NCBI GenBank assembly: GCA_964386355.1
Contig: CAYLQQ010000006.1
Coordinates: 2,088 to 66,087 of the forward strand
DNA: 64,000 nucleotides
Reading direction: 5' to 3'
Source: an uncultured Pseudomonadales bacterium
GTDB taxonomy: Bacteria; Patescibacteriota; Microgenomatia; UBA1400; UBA1449
The translations under genes were made by a program, and so were the position numbers. The notes under the pieces were generated by a model. That model saw only the letters and a program-made list of their open reading frames with translations. It was not told the DNA's origin and did not search any database. Shown in pieces: positions 1 through 8,122 of the stretch (positions are counted from its first letter, which is position 1; the number at the start of each line of letters is the position of its first letter).

Positions 1-163
1 CATTTTCACCCCAGTTTATCTCCGCCTTGGCCATGTGCTTGGCTACCCGCCAGAACATTTCGCCTGGTGTTTCTGTTACTTTTCCCTCCATATTCGTCCG
101 TAGATAACGTTTCTCGGCGATCTTTTGTGCGGTTTTGGTGAGTTTGGGTTCGGTTGGTTTCAT
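1..163 (-). CDS. nrdJ: Partial (5' end only) second class II ribonucleotide reductase, continuing off the left edge
   Basis: Manual translation from ATG at 163: MKPTEPKLTKTAQKIAEKRYLRTNMEGKVTETPGEMFWRVAKHMAKAEINWGEN. This is the typical RNR N-terminus (L..RYL....G...ETP..MF.RVA...A.AE) and parallels the N-terminus of 798..2900. Confidence 0.75.
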   Translation of the reverse strand, partial: MKPTEPKLTKTAQKIAEKRYLRTNMEGKVTETPGEMFWRVAKHMAKAEINWGEN

Positions 164-228
164 AGCTTTTTTTATTATCATTACCCTACCGAAGGCATGG
201 GTAACCTCTTGGAATTAAATCTTATCTG

Positions 229-693
229 TTAAAAACATGCAAGGTCACTAATAATCTGACGGTTTGACTTAAACTGAATTGTTTTTATCCCTACTTCTTT
301 TGCCGCTTCAATATTTGTCACACTATCATCAATAAACAATATATCTTCAGATTTTACTTGTAAAATTTCAGCAATCTTTTTATATGCTCCTGAATCTTTC
401 TTACTAACTCCAATTTCTTCTGCTGAAATGATTTGATCAAATACAGATTTTATTAGATTAAAAATACTAGGCTCGTTTTGGATATGACCACTTGTAAAAA
501 TGACTTTCTTTACCTTATTGTCAATTTTTTGAATAATGTCTAATAATTCATTGTTCAATTCAAAATGTTCAAAAATTTTATATTTGGTGTTTAATTGTAA
601 GGTATCGTGTAATGCGTTTAGTTCTCCAACATATCCAGAATCTTTAGAAAATAAAAGTACACGCGAAAAATCGAAAAGTAATACTTTTATCAT
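229..693 (-). CDS. HAD-superfamily hydrolase
   Basis: N-terminal LFDFSRVL, SAEEIGVSK, and motif IV FIDDSVTNIEAAKEVGIKTI. Confidence 0.85.
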   Translation of the reverse strand: MIKVLLFDFSRVLLFSKDSGYVGELNALHDTLQLNTKYKIFEHFELNNELLDIIQKIDNKVKKVIFTSGHIQNEPSIFNLIKSVFDQIISAEEIGVSKKDSGAYKKIAEILQVKSEDILFIDDSVTNIEAAKEVGIKTIQFKSNRQIISDLACF

Positions 694-733
694 AAATAGT
701 CTTTAACACTCCTAACTCATATTGTTTTCAAAA

Positions 734-775
734 GATTCCCGATCAAGACTGCTCTGCGTCTTGTCGGGAATGACA
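734..775. repeat. REP-like palindrome (ends ...GGAATGACA)
   Basis: GATTCCCGA-TCAAGAC-loop-GTCTTG-TCGGGAATGACA hairpin downstream of nrdJ. Confidence 0.6.
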
Positions 776-797
776 TGTCCCGACATTCATCAGGACG

Positions 798-2900
798 TCA
801 AACATCGCACTTGCTCCACCCACACTTGGGACAGGTTATACACCCTTCACCTTTTACAAGGGACTCATTGCATTCAGGGCATTGTTTGAGATTTATTGGT
901 GACCTGTCCTGATTTAAAGACGGGTTTGCTCCCACCTTTTCAAGAGGTTGACCCATCATATGGGTATCTTCGGTCACATATGGTTCATTTTTTGTTCCGG
1001 TTTCTAATACCACTTCTTGTCTTGATCCGGTGACATACACCGTAATACCTTTACAACCAAGTTTCCATGCCAACATGTAAGCCTGCTTCACTTCTTCAAC
1101 TGTCGCTGTTGGGGGGAAATTTATGGTCTTTGAAATTGAGTTGTCAACAAAACGCTGCAGGGCAGCCTGCATCCGGACATGTTGCTTGGCACTCAGGTCC
1201 GATGAAACTACAAAAACCTGTTTTATCTCATCAGGAACCTCGGTAATATCCTGGCATGAACCTTCTTTTCGAACTTGCTCAAAAATACTATCCCGCTGTT
1301 TTTTCGTCAACCCGGCTTTTTTAAGTGCCTCACCAAAAAGGCCACTCTCATAGTATAGGGTCTTGAAATCCTCGCCCTTCTCAAAATCCGCCCCCTCATG
1401 GGTTTTCATCTTATAACTGAGTGAAAAGGCTGGCTCACAACCATACCCTTCCAGACCTGAGATGGTTGCAATAGCACCTGTAGGAGCAATTGTATTATGG
1501 GCTGCATTTCTCAAACCTTCTTTTTTAATGTCCTTTTTTATTTTTGTCCAGTCAAGCTCTGGTCTACCCAAGTCCAGCTCAGCCTTAACCAAAGGTTTAT
1601 TGATTGCCAAACCTAACTCCCCTTTGGCAAAGATACTTTGTGTGATACCAGGAAAAGCTCCTCGTTCCCGTGCCAGTTGTAAACTAGTTGCCAGTGTATG
1701 AAAGCGGATAAATTCCATCACCTGACCAGCCAAATCCTCGCCCTCTTTTGATCCATACCTGACTCCCACCAAATACATCATGTCCGCTAGTCCCATGATC
1801 GACAAGCCAATCCGTCTATTTTTATGTGCCGCTTCTTCCAAGAGGGGTACAGCCGGTACGTACTTGTTGGCATCCACCACATCATCCAGGAATCGGGTAC
1901 AAGCTTCCACGGTTTCCCTCAACTTCTCCCAATCAATTTCACTTGTAAAAATTCCACTTAGTTTTGACTTTTGATTTTTGATTTTTGACTTTTCTTTGAC
2001 ATGTTCCCGCAGATTCACACTCGCCATGCAGCAGTTCTCCCCCGGTCCCAACCACTGCTCGCCACATGGGTTTGTAGCTTCCAACTCATATTGATGGGGA
2101 ACTGGGTTTTCCCTGTTGGCTGCATCCAGGAAAAGTACTCCTGGCTCCCCGTTACGATGGGCAAATGCAGCAATTTCATCAAATATTTTGCGCGCTTTAA
2201 TTTTGGAAACCGCCTGCCGGGTGTTGGGATCTATCAGCTCAAAATTTTTATCATCCTCAACCGCCTGCATAAAATCGTCTGTAATACCTACGGAAATATT
2301 AAAGTGTTCAATCTCTCCCTCTGTTTTTTTACAGCGTATGAAATCAAAAACATCGGGATGGTGCACTGGAAGAACCGCCATACAAGCACTACGCCTGCCT
2401 CCTCCTTGGCCAATCACCCAAAAGGCAGTATCGTAGATCTTTAAGAAAGAAACTGCACCAGTAGCTTTGCCTTTTGAAGTTGAGATTAGTCCTCCTTTTT
2501 GTCTAAGCCTTCCAAATGAAAATCCAACTCCGCCGCCCGACTGCAATATCAGAACTGCATTACGTAGCGTTGAAAAAATACTGTTTGGCATTTTACCCAG
2601 ATCATCTTCAATGGGTAAAACAAAACAGTTAGCTAATTGTCCAGAGCCTGTACCGGCATTGGCAATAGTCCTGCCATTAGGTATAAAACGTAATTCGCAC
2701 AGGTATTCAAAAAATGTTTGCCTGATCTGGTCAGGGTCATGGCCATTCCGGTACCTATTTTCCGCCTCAGCTACCACCCGCGCCACCCGTTCAAAAATCT
2801 CTTCAGCCGTTTCTGCTGACTGGCCTGATTCTTTCTTTAAACTATACCTTCTGATAAAGACATCAAGGGCATTTGAGGGTAGATTGACAAGTTTTTTCAT
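798..2900 (-). CDS. nrdJ: Adenosylcobalamin-dependent (class II) ribonucleotide reductase with C-terminal Zn ribbon
   Basis: GQLANCFV, GGGVGFSF, TNPCGEQ, TIAPTG and SISKTIN motifs; C-terminal CPEC...GCITCPKCGWSKC; no nrdB nearby. Confidence 0.9.
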   Translation of the reverse strand: MKKLVNLPSNALDVFIRRYSLKKESGQSAETAEEIFERVARVVAEAENRYRNGHDPDQIRQTFFEYLCELRFIPNGRTIANAGTGSGQLANCFVLPIEDDLGKMPNSIFSTLRNAVLILQSGGGVGFSFGRLRQKGGLISTSKGKATGAVSFLKIYDTAFWVIGQGGGRRSACMAVLPVHHPDVFDFIRCKKTEGEIEHFNISVGITDDFMQAVEDDKNFELIDPNTRQAVSKIKARKIFDEIAAFAHRNGEPGVLFLDAANRENPVPHQYELEATNPCGEQWLGPGENCCMASVNLREHVKEKSKIKNQKSKLSGIFTSEIDWEKLRETVEACTRFLDDVVDANKYVPAVPLLEEAAHKNRRIGLSIMGLADMMYLVGVRYGSKEGEDLAGQVMEFIRFHTLATSLQLARERGAFPGITQSIFAKGELGLAINKPLVKAELDLGRPELDWTKIKKDIKKEGLRNAAHNTIAPTGAIATISGLEGYGCEPAFSLSYKMKTHEGADFEKGEDFKTLYYESGLFGEALKKAGLTKKQRDSIFEQVRKEGSCQDITEVPDEIKQVFVVSSDLSAKQHVRMQAALQRFVDNSISKTINFPPTATVEEVKQAYMLAWKLGCKGITVYVTGSRQEVVLETGTKNEPYVTEDTHMMGQPLEKVGANPSLNQDRSPINLKQCPECNESLVKGEGCITCPKCGWSKCDV
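1964..1991. repeat. 4 x 7-nt tandem repeat in frame inside nrdJ
   Basis: TTGACTT TTGATTT TTGATTT TTGACTT, encoding KSKIKNQKSK. Confidence 0.8.
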
Positions 2901-2908
2901 AGGCAGAT

Positions 2909-3355
2909 TTACTGTATTCTTTGAATTTGTTTTCTAAACTCGTCTACACAAGTAAATTCTAAAAACACTGACGCAAAGCGCAGATAAGCCACAGCATCCA
3001 ATTTTTTTAAGCGAGTTAGAACCATCCGTCCAATATCAGAAGATGATACCTCAACCGACTTGCGGTTGAGAAGACGCATTTCAATATCCTCAACCATTTT
3101 CCCTATCTCTTCAGCCGGAACGTTTCGTTTTTCACAAGCCACCACAATACCGCCCTTGAGCTTACCTAAGTCAAAATTTTCTTTTGTGCCGTCCTTTTTA
3201 ACTACTTTTAAATCGACTACTTCGATTCGTTCATAGGTTGTAAACCGTTTAGTGCACCGCATGCATTGGCGCCGCCTTCGCGTCACTTCACCATCTTCAC
3301 TGTCTCGTGATTCAAGGACTGATGACTTGGCGAAAGAACAGTATGGACAAAACAA
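2909..3355 (-). CDS. nrdR: Transcriptional repressor NrdR
   Basis: CPYC...RRRRQCMRCTKRFTTYE Zn ribbon, ATP cone, VAYLRFASV; TTG start. Confidence 0.95.
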   Translation of the reverse strand: MFCPYCSFAKSSVLESRDSEDGEVTRRRRQCMRCTKRFTTYERIEVVDLKVVKKDGTKENFDLGKLKGGIVVACEKRNVPAEEIGKMVEDIEMRLLNRKSVEVSSSDIGRMVLTRLKKLDAVAYLRFASVFLEFTCVDEFRKQIQRIQ

Positions 3356-3584
3356 AAAAAATAAAATCTACAATTTGCAACTTGAAATCAAATCATAATA
3401 TCGAATGTTTGAAGCATTTCAATACTTATTATTTATATTTCAATTCAAATTTCGATTTTCAAAATTATATTTAATAACCCTACCCCTAGCGTATATATAA
3501 AGAATGACACACTAGCAAGCGCTTGGCAATATAACAATTGAGATCAGTTTACGTAATGAAATACTTGTAAGAGTCCTAATAGTA

Positions 3585-4265
3585 TTAACGTAATCTTCCC
3601 GATAAAGAAGCGTCGGGTATTTTGAGTTCAGTTTCTGTGTCTGTATGTATTTTCTCAAATTGCATATTATAAATCACCTGTACCATTTCCTGTAACTGAT
3701 TTAAACTATCCACTTTTAATGTTGGCTTTGCTTGAATTTTTGCCATCTGTGTATAAATAATATGCCTGTTAAACGCATCTCCCAGATATTGGGCATACCG
3801 GTCTTTCTCTGCCGTATCATAGTGCTGATAAATATCATAAGCCTGTAATAGGTATTTCTCAGCTTTAGTTAAGGTTGAAATACCGAGCGCTTCATCTCCC
3901 GTGGCAATGAGTAGCTGCCCTGCGGCAAGCCGTTTGTCAGCAAAAAGCAAAAGAAGGCGCATTTTTTGAGTTGGATCACTTGTAGTTATCAGCTGAACAC
4001 GATCACGTACCATTTTTGTCCAATAAAACGGATGGTTAGGTAGGACTCCTGGATACGGAAGCAAATATGGATTATCTACTAATTTTATCAGGGCAGATTG
4101 GGAAGCTTCATACATGCGTTGTAAATCGTGAGTAAATTTTATATTACCTTCACCAGGCTCTGATGTTTGGGGTATCGGCTGAGATAGTTTTATTGCAGTA
4201 AACATCACAAGCGCAAAAGCAGCAGTTAAAGAAGTTATGGCTATAAGTAATTTATACGTTACCAT
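3585..4265 (-). CDS. Membrane-anchored DUF5667-like protein
   Basis: N-terminal TM helix; YLLPYPGVLPNHPFYWTKMVRDR...ADKRL pattern. Confidence 0.65.
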   Translation of the reverse strand: MVTYKLLIAITSLTAAFALVMFTAIKLSQPIPQTSEPGEGNIKFTHDLQRMYEASQSALIKLVDNPYLLPYPGVLPNHPFYWTKMVRDRVQLITTSDPTQKMRLLLLFADKRLAAGQLLIATGDEALGISTLTKAEKYLLQAYDIYQHYDTAEKDRYAQYLGDAFNRHIIYTQMAKIQAKPTLKVDSLNQLQEMVQVIYNMQFEKIHTDTETELKIPDASLSGRLR

Positions 4266-4266
4266 C

Positions 4267-4890
4267 TCATTCCCCTTTTAACTTTTTTACAACTAACCCA
4301 AGAGTTTCTTCTCTGCTTGTTGTATAAGTATCAATTGCCAGATCGTACAATTTAGGGTGCCAAAAATATACAGGATCTGAGTCTTTAAAAAGACCTTTTT
4401 CAATAACCCATGTTTTCCACTCTTGTGCATATATGCGCTGCCATTTAGTCAGGTTATCTTGTTCACGCTTAAAGATATGATCTTTAGCTTCTTCAACTGT
4501 GATTTCATCTCTGTTTACGATGCGGTCAATCCTCACAGCATCATCACTACAATACACTAGTACCCTAAGCGTATCTGGTATATGCATTGTCATAAAGCCT
4601 GAAAGCCAGGCTTCTAAAACCTGCTGATCTTTTTCACTTGCCCATCTTCTTGCCTGATAGTCTACCTGACGATCAAAATCATCATCGTATACAGCTGCAC
4701 TGTGATGTACTTTTGCCTCCTTGTCAAATAAGCCTTTTTCGATTGCATACGACCTCATAAAATCACCACCACAAAAATAATCCCAACCCAGTTCTTTCGC
4801 AAGCGACTTCCCAAGAGTTGATGAACCTGCTCCTGGTAATCCTGAAATAGTAACATTTCTGAATGCGTACATTGATTTGGACATAGTCAT
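4267..4890 (-). CDS. cmk: Cytidylate kinase-like (archaeal-type) nucleotide kinase
   Basis: TISGLPGAGSSTL P-loop, GDFMR, DRQVD, YDLAIDT. Confidence 0.75.
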   Translation of the reverse strand: MTMSKSMYAFRNVTISGLPGAGSSTLGKSLAKELGWDYFCGGDFMRSYAIEKGLFDKEAKVHHSAAVYDDDFDRQVDYQARRWASEKDQQVLEAWLSGFMTMHIPDTLRVLVYCSDDAVRIDRIVNRDEITVEEAKDHIFKREQDNLTKWQRIYAQEWKTWVIEKGLFKDSDPVYFWHPKLYDLAIDTYTTSREETLGLVVKKLKGE

Positions 4891-4973
4891 AAATAAAATG
4901 ATATTGATGATAATGGGCGAATTATACCCTATTTTATTTTTTGTAGTATAGCTTGGACCTTACATAATAAAAT

Positions 4974-5468
4974 TTAATTAGTAGATGTATACAAACTCAC
5001 TTTTTCAATAGCTTCACAAATTAAATGTAAACGTTTTTTGGCTTCATTCAGATTTATTGTTTGATCACTTTCGACAAAATAGTGAAAAATCTGATTACGG
5101 CTTTGTTTCCACCCCTCCCAGAGAGCTTCGGCAATTTCGGGAGTGTATATCCGTACTATATCATCATATAACCGTTCAAATCCGTCTGGGTGCTGATTTG
5201 CAAGTTCGGGATTTAAGGCTTTACCAACTCTAAAACGATTACCCAAATACCTATCTTTTGTAATCAATCCCTGTTTGAAGAAAAGATCTTTAAGAAAACC
5301 TTCATAAGCTTTGGCTGCCGGCATAACCACAAATGAGTAGTCATAAAAGGTTGTTTGGATAAAACTAGGATCCTCCAGAAAATAAAAACTTTGAGAAAGA
5401 AGCTCTTTTTGGATAAAGGGTAGATTACGAAACCATACCTGGTCATGTAAGTGTGTCAGTGAAATCAT
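4974..5468 (-). CDS. Standalone HEPN-domain protein (RNase LS/RnlA-like)
   Basis: DYSFVVMPAAKAYEGFLK and RxxxxH motif RNQIFH. Confidence 0.6.
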   Translation of the reverse strand: MISLTHLHDQVWFRNLPFIQKELLSQSFYFLEDPSFIQTTFYDYSFVVMPAAKAYEGFLKDLFFKQGLITKDRYLGNRFRVGKALNPELANQHPDGFERLYDDIVRIYTPEIAEALWEGWKQSRNQIFHYFVESDQTINLNEAKKRLHLICEAIEKVSLYTSTN

Positions 5469-5606
5469 ACGTTTAAAAAACGTTCCTATGTATTAATCAT
5501 AGTACTATACGCATCGTTTAAGAAATACTCTTATTTTATTACTGTGTAAAAATGGTATTTTTAATAATAGTTTTACCAATTTACACTAGCAGTCTATAAT
5601 AGCTTT

Positions 5607-8030
5607 ATGGCAAAATGGGACGTATTATTTACTAAACTCTACAGGTCGGATATATGGCGACGTAAAGTGGTCAAAAAATTGCGCCGTAAGCAGAAACGAC
5701 TTCGACTATATCTAGTTCATGCTACCCCAAAACTATCTTTCTTACCTGTAAAACAGAGTCTCACTAAACTCATGCCGGTTCCCACTGCCTTGTTAACAAA
5801 AAAAAGGCAAACTACCTTATTTAAACCTAAAAAAAAGTCAAAAATGGGTAAGTTTAAAAAATATGCATTTATCTTTATAGGTGTTGTCTTAGTAACATCT
5901 CTCATACCCTTTTACATTTATATCCTTAAAGACCTACCATCCCCACGGACTCTCACCCGTGATGCGTATCCTGTATCTACCGAAATCTACGATCGTCATG
6001 GGACGCTTCTGTATGAGATTTACGCTGATCAAAATAGAACTCCAATTAAACTTGATCAAGTGCCAAAGGATCTCATCAACGCAACTATAGCAATCGAAGA
6101 CAAGGATTTCTATAAGCATGGTGGCTTAGCAATCACAGGGATAATCCGGGCATCTTACAAAACTGTAATCAAGGGAAATGTTCAAGGCGGATCTACAATA
6201 ACGCAGCAACTGGTTAAAACAGCACTATTAAGTCCTGAGCGTACAATCCAACGTAAGATTAAAGAGATATTACTAGCTTCTTTGGTTGAACTTATCTATT
6301 CCAAAGACCAAATACTTGAACTATATCTTAATCACATCCCATACGGTGGTACAGCATATGGTATTGAACAAGCATCACGTCTTTATTTTAACAAGAGTGC
6401 TTCCCAATTAAACTTAGCAGAATCAGCCTTACTTGCCGGTCTACCTCAAGCTCCTAGCAGATATTCACCGTTTGGGTCATCTCCAGAACTTGCAAAGCAA
6501 AGACAAAAACAGGTATTAGATAGGATGGTAGAAGATAAATATATCAATCAGACCCAAGCTGAAGAAGCTTTTACATATTCACTAGCGTATGCTCCTCAGC
6601 AGATTAATATTACAGCTCCACATTTTATTATGTACGTCAAAGACTGGCTTATTGATACATATGGAACACATAAGGTGGAACAAGGAGGCCTGCGGGTTAC
6701 AACTACACTCGATTTACAAACCCAGGAGTATGCCCAAGCCTCTGTTTCTGCCCAAATACAAAAACTCAAGGCATCAAGGGTTACAAACGGAGCTGCACTG
6801 GTTACCAAACCGGCTACCGGTGAAATACTGGCTATGGTTGGTTCTCGCAACTATTTTGATTCCGAGATAGATGGTAACGTCAACCTGACTACCAGTCTGC
6901 GTCAACCCGGTTCTTCAATAAAACCTATAAACTATGCTCTGGGTCTTTTAAAAGGCTATCCAGCCTCTACTATGTTTTTAGATATCCCTACCTGCTTTTC
7001 AGTTAGCGGCCAACCAGGAGCATATTGTCCCAAAAACTATGATGGTGGGTTTCATGGTTCTGTCCAAATGCGCCAAGCGCTTGCAAATTCATATAATATT
7101 CCTGCTGTAAAAATGTTAGCCCTCAACGGAGTTCCTGACCTTATCGCTACAGCTTCAGCCATGGGTATCAGTACGTTCCAAAATCCCCAGCAATACGGTC
7201 TTTCCTTAACTCTTGGTGGCGGAGAAGTAAAAATGGTTGATATGGCAGTAGCCTTTGGTGTCTTTGCCAATAGCGGTATTCGCATAGACCTTAATCCAAT
7301 TCTTAGAGTCAAAACCCATACAGGTGAGATTTTAGAAGAACATAACTATCAGATAAATCCACCCACTGGGCCAAGGGTTTTACCACCTGAAGTCACCTTT
7401 ATTATCTCAAACATTTTAGCTGATAACAAAGCTCGTGTACCTGCCTTTGGTGCCTATTCACCATTGTATATTCCAGGCAAAACGGTGTCTGTTAAAACTG
7501 GCACAACTGACGATTGGCGTGATAATTGGACAATAGGATATACGCCGGAATATCTTACAGCTGTATGGACAGGGAATAATAACAATGAGATTAAGCCGCT
7601 TTTTGTCTCTGGAGTAACCGGAGCCGCGCCGATTTGGAATAGCATTATGTCATATCTTGTCAAAGACCGAGAGGATGTGGCTCAGGCCAAGCCGGATAAC
7701 GTCATTGGGACCAATGTTTGTGCGTATCGTCAATCAGAAGATCCTAACCAAACTTGCGAAGGGCGGTTTGAGTATTATATTAAAGGTACGGAGAAAAATC
7801 AGCTGCATGGTAAAATTGAAAAAAAGAACATCTGGATCGATACAACAACCGGTAGACCACCCCTGCCAAATGTGACTGAAAACTTGGAACTTCAGGAAAA
7901 GACGGTGGCCTTGGATGAGTTTGGTCAGGAGTACTGCTTAGACTGCCCTCATGAAGGCCAGTCAGCCCAGCGAGTTAACTTGGATACTTTTTACGCTCAA
8001 CGGGCAGCCAAAGCAAAAAGTGCCCAATAA
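5607..8030 (+). CDS. Class A penicillin-binding protein (transglycosylase + transpeptidase)
   Basis: EDKDFYKHGG, GGSTITQQLVK, RKIKE; SSIK, SYN, KTGT; TM anchor. Confidence 0.93.
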   Translation: MAKWDVLFTKLYRSDIWRRKVVKKLRRKQKRLRLYLVHATPKLSFLPVKQSLTKLMPVPTALLTKKRQTTLFKPKKKSKMGKFKKYAFIFIGVVLVTSLIPFYIYILKDLPSPRTLTRDAYPVSTEIYDRHGTLLYEIYADQNRTPIKLDQVPKDLINATIAIEDKDFYKHGGLAITGIIRASYKTVIKGNVQGGSTITQQLVKTALLSPERTIQRKIKEILLASLVELIYSKDQILELYLNHIPYGGTAYGIEQASRLYFNKSASQLNLAESALLAGLPQAPSRYSPFGSSPELAKQRQKQVLDRMVEDKYINQTQAEEAFTYSLAYAPQQINITAPHFIMYVKDWLIDTYGTHKVEQGGLRVTTTLDLQTQEYAQASVSAQIQKLKASRVTNGAALVTKPATGEILAMVGSRNYFDSEIDGNVNLTTSLRQPGSSIKPINYALGLLKGYPASTMFLDIPTCFSVSGQPGAYCPKNYDGGFHGSVQMRQALANSYNIPAVKMLALNGVPDLIATASAMGISTFQNPQQYGLSLTLGGGEVKMVDMAVAFGVFANSGIRIDLNPILRVKTHTGEILEEHNYQINPPTGPRVLPPEVTFIISNILADNKARVPAFGAYSPLYIPGKTVSVKTGTTDDWRDNWTIGYTPEYLTAVWTGNNNNEIKPLFVSGVTGAAPIWNSIMSYLVKDREDVAQAKPDNVIGTNVCAYRQSEDPNQTCEGRFEYYIKGTEKNQLHGKIEKKNIWIDTTTGRPPLPNVTENLELQEKTVALDEFGQEYCLDCPHEGQSAQRVNLDTFYAQRAAKAKSAQ

Positions 8031-8122
8031 AACGAGTCTATACTTTGTTTAATTAAACTTTACCATAAGTTCAATTTTATTCTCTTGTTTTTTTATCATA
8101 AAAGCCCTGTTAGAATAGGGGC

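Noticed and set aside
798-2900. Intein in NrdJ
   Set aside because: Length is normal and no Hint motifs are present; the only insertion seen is the short heptamer-derived peptide.
1123-2937. Antisense and alternative-frame ORFs inside nrdJ, and similar ones inside the PBPs, gap, sufB, A2M and korA
   Set aside because: They fully overlap well-supported genes and have no recognisable motifs.
3478-3530. Possible NrdR boxes upstream of nrdR (ACCCCTAG..., CACACTAG...)
   Set aside because: Only half-site matches to the 16-bp palindromic consensus, with atypical spacing.
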